Positions 31,751-52,199 of a DNA stretch of 64,000 bases are shown here, piece after piece. The notes under the pieces are model-generated. The model was not told the origin of the DNA. It saw only the letters and a list, made by a program, of their open reading frames with translations, and ran no database searches. Both the position numbers and the translations under genes were made by a program. Origin of the DNA: Eledone cirrhosa. Its lineage: Eukaryota. Position 1 is the first letter of the stretch. Every line of letters starts with the position of its first letter. The stretch is from the NCBI GenBank assembly GCA_964016885.1, contig OZ024741.1:395312001-395376000 (forward strand). Reading direction: 5' to 3'.

Positions 31751-31891
31751 CGAAAGAAATGTGGTAAGGAACCAGGTGGACCATAACGCACCAAAGTACT
31801 CAATACTTAGGGTAGTAGAGTGGGTAATAGGAACGAGTAGGACCCTGACGGCTGAGCTCAAGCCGTTTCGACGGCTAATTCAGTCCTAAAT
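31749..31891 (-). repeat. PLE pseudo-LTR fragment with the 3' half of an H3-like hammerhead (31841-31891)
   Basis: Minus strand TAGCCGTC-GAAA-CGGCT tgagctc AGCCG-TC-AGGGTC, homologous to 14881-14930. Confidence 0.75.
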
Positions 31892-31907
31892 GTATATATA
31901 TATATAG

Positions 31908-31974
<67 letters not shown>

Positions 31975-32298
31975 TATGTATGTATATATGTATATATATA
32001 TGTATATATATATGTATATATATGTATATGTAAATATGTATATATATATATACATATATATAAACGTTTGGATATGTGTAATAAGGCCAAGACAATGCAG
32101 GTATGGACATAGAAAAAAGAATGCAATAGTGAAAGATATTGATGTGAATTCGTCTTTCACCTTGAATTTATTTAAATGTCCTTAATTTTCGAGATAATAT
32201 CTCTTCTTTTCTCCATACATATATATGTATGTATATATGTATATATATATGTATATATATGTAAATATGTATATATATATATATATATATATATGCAC

Positions 32299-32338
<40 letters not shown>

Positions 32339-32483
32339 ATGCATATGTATATATATATATATATACATATATATGTATATGTATATGCATATGTATATAT
32401 ATATATATATACATATATATGTATGTATATGCATATGTATATATATATATATATACATATATATGTATGTATATGCATATGTA

Positions 32484-34751
32484 TCGCTGGGAAGCGATCA
32501 GTCATGATCTTGCACATGTCGACTGGTCCTTCACGCACACTCATACACCCACTAACATCAAAAAGTCCTGGCAGACATTTGTGGACACTGTTACAAACAT
32601 ATGTGCTAAACACACCCCATTAAGAACTATAAACAAATCTAAGAGCAGAATCCCTAGAAATAGAAAAACGCTCATCAGAAAAATTAAGAGAACGAACAAA
32701 AAAATCAACAAGCTGAAATACTGTCAGCAGCAACACATCAACTTGACTGCCATTTCATCACTAGAGATTAAAAAACATAACCTCCAAAACAACATAATGT
32801 CCCTCATCAACAATCAGAGAAGAGCTGAAGAGGCCTGGGCCATTGAGAAGATCAAACTCAATCCAAAGTGTTCTTTTCATTTGCAAAAAAAACACAAAAT
32901 CACTGGCTCTACTGTTGGCCCTCTAATTGATGAAAATGGCACTCTTCAAGACAATGCTAAAACCATAGGTGAGATACTGCAGAAACAATACTGCTCTGTT
33001 TTCAGCAATCCTGATATGGCCGATCTGGGCTGTATCGGCGATGTTACTCCCCATTACACCTTATCGGACATAACGTTTGGCGTCCCTGATGTCTTGGCGG
33101 CAATAAAGGAAATGAAGCATAATTCAGCAGTAGGTCCCGATAGGTTCCCTGCTTGTGTCTTGAAGGCGTGTCAACACCAACTTGCATCTCCTCTTGCCAA
33201 TCTGTGGCGGAACTCACTGGATGCTGGATATGTGCCAGAAAACCTTCTATCCCAGTCTGTTGTCCCAGTTTTCAAAAAGGGAAACAAATCCCTTGCCGTG
33301 AATTACCGTCCAATCTCACTCACCTCTCATATCATTAAGGTATTTGAGCGAGTGGTGAGATCGCGAATGACCCACTTCCTTGAGAGTAACAATATGCTGA
33401 ACTCCAACCAGCATGGATTCCGTAATGGAAGGGATTGCCTGACGCAGCTACTGCATCACTTTGATGACATTTTGAGAGCCTTGGGAGAGGGTTCCAACAC
33501 TGATGTTATCTACCTTGATTTCAGCAAGGCCTTTGACAGGGTTGATCATAACATTCTACTGAGAAAGCTGTCCAATATTGGTGTCACTGGAAAGCTGCTG
33601 CTGTGGATCAAGAGCTTCCTGTCAAACAGAACCCAACATATTGTAGTTGAGGGAGTCAAATCCAGCCCAGCCAAAGTCAGTAGTGGGGTCCCACAAGGCA
33701 CTGTGTTGGGCCCACTTCTCTTCATCATCTATATTAATGACATCACTGACATCATCAAACACAGCAACATTAGAATTTTCGCTGATGATTCCAAGCTCCA
33801 AAAGGTCATCAATGGCGTGGATGACCGGATAAGCCTTCAGTCAGACCTACTGGCTGTTACCCAATGGGCAGAAAAGAACAACATGTTACTGAACGAAGAC
33901 AAATTCGAACTGATCCACTTTGGAAAAGAGGATGCTCTGAAACTCCCGTACTCCCTTCCCTCCGGGGAAACTCTCGTGGCATCTAACAACATCAGAGACT
34001 TGGGAGTAACCGTGGACAGCAACATAAGCTGGACCACGCATATAAGCAGCAAAGTTGACATGGCCCGCAGAATGTGTTCCTGGATCCTCAGAACCTTCCA
34101 GTCGAGAGATTCCCGCACCATTATCCTTCTCTTCTCTACTTTCGCCCGACCACACCTTGAATACTGTTGTCCACTGTGGTTTCCCCACACGAAACAAAGT
34201 ATCATGAAACTTGAAGCTCCTCAAAGGGCAATCACGAAAAAGATAGATGGCATGTCAGACCTTGACTACTGGGGTCGATTAGAAAACCTGAAACTTTACT
34301 CACTCCAACGTCGCCGTGAGCGTTATATTATCTGCATGATGTGGAAAATGTTCCATCATCACTGCCCAAATGATGTTGGCATCGCCTTCAAGATACACCC
34401 AAGGCTTGGGCCCCGTGCTATCCGTCCCATTCAAAAATCTAAATCGCAACTCATAACAACAATACGGCACAATTATTTCACCTCAATCGGCCCTGCTCTC
34501 TTCAACATCACACCAGGACACGTCAAAACAGAAACTGACCACACAAAATTCAAGAAGACTTTGGACAAATTCCTCCAAGTAATCCCGGACAAACCACCCA
34601 CACCCGGATATGTCTCCGCAAACAGTAATTCTCTTCTCGAATGGGCCATGGTGCCCAAATCCTGAATTGAAAGACTTCGCCAGGTGGTGCTATTAAGTTA
34701 GACATGGCCTGGGCCAATACTGGCCAAAACATTTCAAAGTTATTCAAAGTT
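32484..34751 (+). mobile_element. CR1-group LINE (family 1), 5'-truncated; RT ORF open to 34665
   Basis: [53 protein letters not shown]; short 3' UTR ending in TTCAAAGTTA repeats; TA arrays on both sides. Confidence 0.92.
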
Positions 34752-34757
34752 ATATAC

Positions 34758-34955
<198 letters not shown>

Positions 34956-34964
34956 ATATACATA

Positions 34965-35035
<71 letters not shown>

Positions 35036-35057
35036 ATATGCATATATATATATATAC

Positions 35058-35310
35058 ACGTGAAGGCGTGTGGGTGAGTGGTTAGAGAATTGGATACGCA
35101 ATCGTGAGGTTGTGAGTTCGATTCCTGGACCGACCGTGATGCGTTCGATTCCTGGACCGACCGTGATGCGTTATGTCCTTGAGCAAGACACTTTATTTCA
35201 CGTTGCTCCTTCTACCTGGAGTTGCGACCGATAGATAGTATTAGCAATTGGAAAGACCGACGGAAACATTGTTTCCTCGGTCCGATTTGACGAAAGTCGA
35301 TCGATCCTCA
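35058..35310 (+). mobile_element. tRNA-derived SINE with CORE-like box and a duplicated B box
   Basis: A box TGGGTGAGTGG, B box GAGTTCGATTCC, TGTCCTTGAGCAAGACACTT box, hairpin-rich tail; flanked by TA arrays. Confidence 0.8.
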
Positions 35311-35456
35311 TATATGTATATATATATATATGTATGTATATATATATATATATATATACGTATATACATATATATGTGTATGTATATATATATATATATG
35401 CATATGTATATATATATATGTATATACATATATATATACATATATATGTATGTATA

Positions 35457-35504
<48 letters not shown>

Positions 35505-35539
35505 TATATATATACATATATGTGTATATATACATATAT

Positions 35540-35928
35540 AAGTACAAAGTGAAACCTACTACAGTCAGTAAGCACCTTTAACAAAATACACCCCCCGTCC
35601 CACTAACCCCACCCCATCCACACCACCCCTTTCAATGTAAAGTTATGTTGGTACCACAACATCCAGTGCGAAACAAATGAGATCGTGTAGGTGTCACAAC
35701 AAAAAACACACAGTCCACGCTGTAATGTGGCCGTGTAGGTGACATGGTAAAAACCTCCCGGTCCACACTGTAAACGTGGTTGGTGTTAGGAAGGGCATCC
35801 AACTGTAGAAAACCTGCCAGACAGTCCTATGCGAGCAAGACAACCACTCTTGCCTCAAGTGGGAAAACTCCCATCCAAACCCATGCAAGCGTGGAAGATG
35901 GACGTTAAACGATGATGATGATGATGAT
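35540..35928 (+). mobile_element. RTE LINE 3' UTR-only insertion
   Basis: Matches 55447-55826; (GAT)n tail; TA arrays on both sides. Confidence 0.9.
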
Positions 35929-36164
35929 ACATATTTGTATATATACATATATATATATATACAAATATATGTATATATACATATATATACATATATATAT
36001 ATACATATATATGTATATATACATATATATGTATATATACATATATATGTATATATACATATATATATACATATATATGTATATATATATATATATATAT
36101 AATATATATACATATATATATATATATACATATATATGTATATATATATACATATATATGTATA

Positions 36165-36208
<44 letters not shown>

Positions 36209-36212
36209 CATA

Positions 36213-36611
36213 TGTGGAAGCACATGGCTTAGTGGTGAGCGCATTGGCCTTGCAATCTAAAGGTTCTGAGTTCAATTCTCAGACCGGGCGATGTGTTGTT
36301 TCTTTGAGCAAGACACTTTATTTCACATTGCTCCAGTTTACTCAGCTGTAGAAATGAGATGATAGGGACTGGGGTCCATATCATTCCACTGTAGTGTGGT
36401 CGTGGAGGTGCCATGGCAAAAAAGCACCCAGCCCACACTGTAAAGTGGACGTGTAGGCACCAGGGAAAAAAAAGCACCCAGCAATCACTGTAAATGAGGT
36501 TGTTGTTAGGAAGGGCATCCAGTTGTAGAAATCAAGCCAGAATCAGTTCCCGTCCCACCCTTGCAAGCAGGAAAAGCGGACGTAAAATGAAATGATGAAA
36601 TGATGATGATG
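36213..36611 (+). mobile_element. tRNA-derived SINE with CORE-like box and RTE-derived 3' tail
   Basis: A box TGGCTTAGTGG, B box GAGTTCAATTCT, CTTTGAGCAAGACACTT box; the tail shares GTTAGGAAGGGCATCCAG and GGACGTAAAATG(AT)n motifs with RTE 3' ends. Confidence 0.85.
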
Positions 36612-36619
36612 TATATATA

Positions 36620-37552
36620 CATCATCATCATCAACGTTTAACGTCCGTGTTCGACGCTTGCATGGGTTTGGACGAGGGTTTTCCCACTTGAGGCAAGAGT
36701 GATTATCTTGCTCGCATAGGACTATCTGGCGGGTTTTCTACAGCTGGATGCCCTTCCTAACACCAACCACATTTACAGTGTGGGGCTGGGAGGTTTTTAC
36801 CGTGTTGCCTACACGGCCACATTACTGTGTGTTTTTTTGTCGTGACACCTACACGATCTCATTTGTTTTGGCCTGGATGTTGTGGCACCAACATAACTTT
36901 ACATTGAAAGGGGCGGTGTGGATGGGGTGGGGGTGGTGGGACGGGGGTGTATTTTGTTAGAGATGCCTACTGACTGTAGTAGGTTTTACTTTGTATTTAG
37001 GTAAGGCGGGTCTTCTCCATTACTAAGTACCGCCAAAGGTCTCGGTCCAGTGACATTGTCTTGGAGAGGTGTAAGTGTGTGAGGTCGGAATTTATCAGCT
37101 CGTCCCAGGTTTTTCTGGGTCTGCCTATTCCGTGGCAACCGTCTATCTTTATTGCCCTGCACTTTGTTATACAGCTATCGTCTTTCATGCGCATCCCGTG
37201 ACCATACCAACGTAGCCTTCTCTCGAGTAAACAACATCTGATCCCTCTTATTTCTAATTTTTTCCTTAGTTCGTTTATGCATTGCCATTCGTATGCAGGC
37301 ATCATACAACCTGCCTTTCATTTTTAGGGAGCACCCTTTAGCGGCTAATATTGGTATAAGCTCTCTGAACTTTTTCCATCCAGTTCTGACTCTAGCTACT
37401 GTACTTTCAGAGCACCCTCCCCCACTGCTGATTTTGTCACCCAGGTAACGGAAGCTGTCCACTATTTCTATAGAGCCCTCTGCGCAGTTCGAAGAGCTAG
37501 TATTTTTGTGGGTACTTGCTGCTACTTATTGCACCAGAGCACCGGCCACATG
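36620..37552 (-). mobile_element. RTE LINE (subfamily A), 5'-truncated, with an internal deletion near 37285
   Basis: DSFRYLG, LRWYGH, GRPRKTW motifs, 3' UTR and (GAT)n tail. Confidence 0.92.
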
Positions 37553-39103
<1,551 letters not shown>

Positions 39104-39692
39104 ATTCTCTTTTACTCTTTTACCTGTTTCAGCCATCCGGCTGAGGCCATGCTGGGGCACCGCCCTTGTTGCTACACATTTTATCTCCAGCCTGTATAGG
39201 TTGGCCACTGGTGTAGGAGGGAGTTTGTTGCTGCTGCCCTTAGGTTTCCCTCGTGTCTTGCTGTGGGCTCATCCGGGATCCTGGATAACAAGGTGTCGAG
39301 ATGTTTCTTAAAGACATCCACCTCCACGTCATGCAAGTCTCGCAGATGCCTCGGCAGCCTGTTGAAGAGTTGAGGGCCCTTGAATCCCAGGCTATTGCAA
39401 TACCTGCTCCTTATTCTAGATGTGGAAGACGGGACCTTTGGCACCACACAGTGACGTCCTGTTCGACGGTTGGTCCAGCTCCCAATGCCAAAGTTTGGTG
39501 CTAGTCCCTCCAGGATTTTCCACATGTAGATCACTGCGTATCTCTCCCGTCTTCGCTCCAAGGAGTAGAGGTTCAGTTCCTTCAGCCTCTCCCAGTAGCT
39601 TGTCTCCCTCATCTTGGCAATCCTCTTGGTGTAGCTTCGCTGGATTGCCTCAAGCTCCGTGGTTAGTTTGACACTATGGGGTGACCACAGCT
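39104..39692 (-). mobile_element. CR1-group LINE (family 2) 3' end
   Basis: [11 protein letters not shown]...GPQLFNRLP...IPDEP...NSLLHQ; 3' UTR GGCGGTGCCCCAGCATGGCC...GAAACAGGTAAAAGAGTAAAAGAG; overlap near-identical to 63120-63362. Confidence 0.9.
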
Positions 39693-41524
<1,832 letters not shown>

Positions 41525-41525
<1 letters not shown>

Positions 41526-43414
41526 TCAAACTCAATTCCAAAGTGTTAAAGAAAAACACAAAATCACTGGCTCTACTGTTGGCCCTCTAATTGATGAAAA
41601 TGGCACTCTTCAAGACAATGCTAAAACCATGGGTGAGATACTGCAGAAACAATACTGCTCTGTTTTCAGCAATCCTGATATGGCCGATCTGGGCTGTATC
41701 GGCGATGTTACTCCCCATTACACCTTATCGGACATAACGTTTGGCGCCCCTGATGTCTTAGCGGCAATAAAGGAAATCAAGCATAATTCAGCAGTAGGTC
41801 CTGATAGGTTCCCTGCTTGTGTCTTGAGGGCGTGTCAACACCAACTTGCATCTCCTCTTGCCAATCTGTGGCGGAACTCACTGGATGTTGGATATGTGCC
41901 AGAAAACCTTCTATCCCAGTCTGTTGTCCCAGTTTTCAAAAAAGGAAACAAATCCCTTGCCGTGAATTACCGTCCAATCTCACTCACCTCTCATATCATT
42001 AAGGTATTTGAGAGAGTGGTGAGATCGCGAATGACTCACTTCCTTGAGAGTAACAATATGCTGAACTCCAACCAGCATGGATTCCGTAATGGAAGGGATT
42101 GCCTGACACAGCTACTGCATCACTTTGATGACATTTTGAGAGCCTTGGGAGAGGGTTCCAACACTGATGTTATCTACCTTGATTTCAGCAAGGCCTTTGA
42201 CAGGGTTGATCACAACATTCTACTGAGAAAGCTGTCCAATATTGGTGTCACTGGAAAGCTGCTGCAGTGGATCAAGAGCTTCCTGTCAAACAGAACCCAA
42301 CATGTTGTAGTCGAAGGAATCAAATCCAGCCCAGCCAAAATCAGTAGTGGGGTCCCACAAGGCACTGTGTTGGGCCCACTTCTCTTCATCATCTATATTA
42401 ATGACATCACTGACATCATCAAACACAGCAACATTAGAATTTTCGCTGATGATTCCAAGCTCCAAAAGGTCATCAATGGCGTGGATGACCGGATAAGCCT
42501 TCAGTCAGACCTACTGGCTGTTACTCAATGGGCGGAAAAAAACAACATGTTACTGAACGAAGACAAATTCGAACTGATCCACTTTGGAAAAGAGGATGCT
42601 CTGAAACTCCCATACTCCTTCCCTCCGGTGAAACTCTCGTGGCATCTAACAACATCAGAGACTTGGGAGTAACCGTGGACAGCAACATAAGCTGGGCAAC
42701 GCATATAAGCAGCAAAGTTGACATGGCCCGCAGAATGTGTTCCTAGATCCTCAGAACCTTCCAGTCGAGAGATTCCCACACCATTATCCTTCTCTTCTCC
42801 ACTTTTGCCCGACCACACATTGAATACTGTTGTCCACTGTGGTCTCCCCACACGAAACAAAGTATCATAAAACTTGAAGCTCCCCAAAGGGCAATCACGA
42901 AAAAGATAGATGGCATGTCAGACCTTGACTACTGGGGTCGACTAGAAAAGCTGAAACTTTACTCACTCCAACGTCGCCGTGAGCGTTATATTATCTGCAT
43001 GATGTGGAAAATGTTTCATCTGCACTGCCCAAATGATGTTGGCATCACCTTCAAAATACACCCAAGGCTTGAGCCCCGTGCTATCCGTCCCAAACAAAAA
43101 TCTAAATCGCATCACATAACAACAATACGGCACAATTATTTCACCTCAATTACCCCTGCTCTCTTCAACATCACACCAGGACATGTCAAAACAGAAACTG
43201 ACCACACAAAATTCAAGAAGTCTTTGGACAAATTCCTCCAAGTAATCCCGGACAAACCACCCACACCTGGATATGTCTCCGCAAAAAGTAATTCCCTTCT
43301 CGAATGGGCCATGGTGCCCAAATCCTGAATTGAAAGACTTCGCCAGGTGGTGCTATTAAGTTAGGCATGACCTGGGCCAATACTGGCCAAAACATTTCAA
43401 AGTTATTGAAAGTT
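41525..43414 (+). mobile_element. CR1-group LINE (family 1), second copy, disrupted
   Basis: Close paralogue of 32851-34751 with a frameshift near 42620 and a stop near 42745. Confidence 0.92.
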
Positions 43415-43557
43415 ATATACATATATATGTATATATATATATATATGTATATATATATACATATATATGTATATATATATATACATATATATGTATATAT
43501 ATATATACATATATATGTATATATATATATACATATATATGCATATATATATATATA

Positions 43558-45760
43558 CATCATCATCATCATCAACGTTTAACGTCCGTGTTCCACGCTT
43601 GCATGGGTTTGGACGGGGGTAGTCCCACTTGAGGCAAGAGTGATTGTCTTGCTCGCATAGGACTGTCTGGCAGGTTTTCTACAGTTGGATGCCCTTCCTA
43701 ACACCAACCACATTTACAGTGTGGGTCTGGGAGGTTTTTACCGTGTTGCCTACACGGCCACATTACAGCGTGGACTGTGTGTTTTTTTGTCGTGACACCT
43801 ACACGATCTCATTTGTTTCGGCCTGGATGGCGCGGCACCAACATAACTTTACATAGAACGAGGTGGTGTGGATGGGGTGGGGGTGGTGGCGGGACGGGGT
43901 GTATTTTGTTAGAGATGCCTACTGGCAAGGCGGGTCTTCTCTGTTACTGAGTACCGCCAAAGGTCACGGTCCAGTGACATTGTCTTGGAGAGGTGTAAGT
44001 GTGTGAGGTCGGAGTTTATCAGCTCATCCCATGTTTTTCTAGGTCTGCCTATTCCGTGGCTACCGTCTATCTTTATTGCCCTGCACTTTGTAATACAGCT
44101 ATCGACTTTCATGCGCATCACGTGTCCATACCAACGCAGCCTTCTCTCGAGTAAACAACATCTGATCCCTCTTATCTCTAATTTTTTCCTTAGTTCGTTT
44201 ATGCTTTGCCGTTCACGTATATTACTGTTACACATCCAGCGGAGCATGCAAGCTTCGTTCCTCTCTAGTCTGCGTATATCCTCTGCACACAATGCCCAGG
44301 TCTCACTACCATGCAACATTGCTGTTCGTATGCAGGCATCGTACAACCTGCCTTTCATTTTTAGGGAGAACCCTTTAGCAGCTAATAGTGGTATAAGCTC
44401 TCTGAACTTTTTCCAACCAGTTCTGACTCTAGCTACAGTACTTTCAGAGCACCCTCCCCTACTGCTGATTTTATCGCCCAGGTAACGGAAGCTGTCCACT
44501 ATTTCTATAGAACCCTCTGCGCAATTGAAAGAGCTAGTATTTTGTGGGCACTTGCTGCTACTTATTGCACCAGAACACCGGCCACATGTAAAGTCTATGT
44601 TCTTAGTTAGCTTACCTGTGATCCCACTACATCTTTTATGCACCCATACTTTGCATTTAGGACATAAGATGGAGTTTCTACCTACGCCTTTCCTACATAC
44701 CGAGCACGACCATTTCCCAGATGGGACTGCCGCCTTGTTTTCTTTCCTACAAACTAGTACTTTGGTCTTAGCCAGGTTAATTTTAAGTCCTTTTGACTCT
44801 AGGCCGTGCTTCCATGTTTGGAATTTCTTCTCTAGCTCGGCCATTGATTCCGCTATGAGTGTCAGGTCGTCTGCGTATAGGAGTTCCCATGGGCAGCCTG
44901 TCTTGAACTCCTCTGTTATAGCCTGAAGGGCAATAATAAATAGTAGGGGGCTGAGAACAGAGCCCTGATGGACGCCAACTTTTATGCTAAACTCTTCACT
45001 ATATTCGTTGTTAATTCTAACCTTGCTGACTGTTTCTTTATACATGGCTTGTATAGCCCTCACAAGCCATTCGTCAACGCCTAGTTTTCTAAGAGCCTAC
45101 CAGATAATGGAGCGGGGGACTCTGTCGAAGGCTTTCTCCAGGTCGACAAAAGCTAAGTAGAGGGGTTTACCTTTAGCTAGGTACTTCTCCTGTAGTTGTC
45201 GTACTATGAAAAGAGCGTCTGTGGTGCTTTTGCCTGACACAAACCCGAACTGCATTTCATCTAGATCAATTCTCTCTCTGATTAGTTGCGCTATTACTTT
45301 TTCCGTGACCTTCATGACCTGGTCGATTAATTTAATGCCTCTATAGTTACTCCTATCTAGGGCGTCTCCTTTACCCTTATAACAGTTAACGATGATGCTG
45401 CTATGCCAGTCCTTCGGAACAACCCCATTCTGTACGACTTGGTTAACTATGCGGGTGACCATGGTGTGTCCCACCGTGCCAGATGCCTTCAGCATCTCAG
45501 CAACTATTTCCGAAGGCCCAGCCGCCTTACCAGTCTTCATATCCTTGATTGCCTTACTTATTATACTCCCCTCGACTAACACTGCTGGTCCCTCTATCGG
45601 GTCGATATGGGGGAGACTGTCTTTCTCCCATTTATTCTCCTCATTTAGTAGCCTTTCATAGTGACACTTCCAAGCTACCTTCTTATCAGTGTCGGTGATG
45701 GCAAGTATGCCATCATCGTTAAGTACACACTTCTCCCCGACAATATCACGGTTTTCCTTG
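43558..45760 (-). mobile_element. RTE LINE (subfamily A), 5'-truncated
   Basis: RT ORFs 45097-45760 and 43909-45063 separated by one stop; 3' UTR; (GAT)n tail; TA arrays on both sides. Confidence 0.94.
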
Positions 45761-45825
45761 ATATATATATATATATACATATATATGTATATATATATAC
45801 ATATATATGTATATATATATACATA

Positions 45826-45874
<49 letters not shown>

Positions 45875-45953
45875 ATGTATATGTATATGTACATATATGT
45901 ATATATATATACATATATGTATGTATATATATATATATACATATATATGTATA

Positions 45954-46722
<769 letters not shown>

Positions 46723-46972
46723 AGATTTTAATTTCACTGTCCTAACTTCTTATATTATGGAAAAAATATATGTGTATGTATGTATATATATATATTTGGA
46801 GGCCATTTCTCTGTGTGTGGGTGTATGTATGTGTATATATGTGTGTGTGTGTGTGTGTGTGCATGTGGATGTATGTATTGTGTGTGCGTGTGTGTGTGTG
46901 TATGTGTGTATCTGGATGTATGCGTATGTGTATATATATGTGTGTGTGTGTATATATATGTGTGTGTGTGTG

Positions 46973-47015
<43 letters not shown>

Positions 47016-47147
47016 GTGTATCTGGATGTATGTGTATGTATATATATGTGTGTGTGTATATATATATATATGTGTGTGTATGTGCATATATGTGTGTGTG
47101 TATATATATGTATATGTGTGTGTGTATGTACGTGTGTATATGTATGG

Positions 47148-47185
<38 letters not shown>

Positions 47186-47389
47186 GTGTATGTATATGTA
47201 TATGTATGTATGTGTGGATGAAGGTATGTGTGTATATATAGGTGTAAGTGCACTAAATCCCTTTCTATCAATCTCCCCTCTCCTACCTACCACAGGAAGA
47301 TATATGTATGTATATTGCTTCCACCCCCTCACTGACCAGCAGCTGGCCATCTGGCCATTGCTAAATTTGACCTTTATAAAATAACCCAC

Positions 47390-50838
<3,449 letters not shown>

Positions 50839-52199
50839 TTTAATACAATAACAGAGATAGTTTAAAGCTAAACTCTGACTGGTAACCATCTCACTCAACA
50901 AACATTAGGTTATATTTTAATATAAACCCAATTTAAGTGTTTGGGGTGCTAACAATATGTATTATGTGGAAAAGGCAGTTGTATTATTTTATGAGATATA
51001 ATTAAAGTTAAAATACATCTCTCTTTCCAAACAATTGTTTCATTATAAGTTTTCTACAAATTGGGAGAATATTTCCAGTTTATGTAGAAGCCTAATATAC
51101 ATTCATGTAAGAATATATTTAGGTGGGTGCTTATAAATCATCAGCGGAAGCCCATTAACCTTTGATATAAGAAAAAAATTCTTACCGCGGTTAAAAATCG
51201 TGTCTGTTAAGTTGCTCCTTCCCGCATCGAATGACCGCCAAATTTGAAATTCCAGCAGTTTTTGACTGAGGAAGTATTATAGCGTCACTAAGCGGGAAGG
51301 GGAGACAACTACGATCCACGAAAGGAGGAAAAAAATAATATACACGTGGGTTAATCAGTTTTTTCGAAAACATTATCAATCCAACGTGTTAAGAACTCAA
51401 TTGAAATTAAAAAAATAAATATATGCGTGTATAAATTACACATGCATATAGATATTTTCTTAGGCTAAAATCAGAGGTTGTACCTGAATAAGAAACCACA
51501 TCTCATAACCGTAGTAAATACGGAAAGTTATGCTTTAAAGGGCAAATGGGAATGTAAATCTCCGGCCGAATTAAGAGTAAAATATAAAACACACGCGGGT
51601 TATATATATATATATATACATATATATGTATATATATATACATATATATGTATGTATATATATATATATATATATACATATATACATATATATGTATGTA
51701 TATATATATATATACATATATATATACATATATACATATATATGTATGTATATATATATATATATATATACATATATATACATATACGCTGGTTCTAAAT
51801 AATCTCTCTCATTGCTAAAAAATTGTCCAGGATTCATAAAAATAGATTCTCTCTCGCCCACCAAAATCGCTATTACTCCCACTCTCTCTAACATATACGT
51901 CCCTCTCGATCTCTCACTCCCTAATATAAATAAGAATGTTACGAGGGACAAAACCTCAGAACTTGTCAACCCTTATTAAATGGTCAGTCGATTCTACGAA
52001 AATGTAATGTATTATAGAACATTTTCTTCTTGTCTCCTTAAAACCTCGTTCATTCATCCATATATATCTACAATCGTTGCTATCCTTGCCCTAAATTAAT
52101 CTTCTCCACGCTGGTTCTAAATAATCTCCCTCATTGCTAACTACCCCATATCCCCCCCTCCCCCACTCTCCACCTTTACTATTTGGACCAATCACAAGT

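Noticed and set aside
35058-36290. tRNA genes at 35058 and 36213
   Set aside because: The cloverleaf stems are imperfect and run into SINE body sequence; these are SINE heads.
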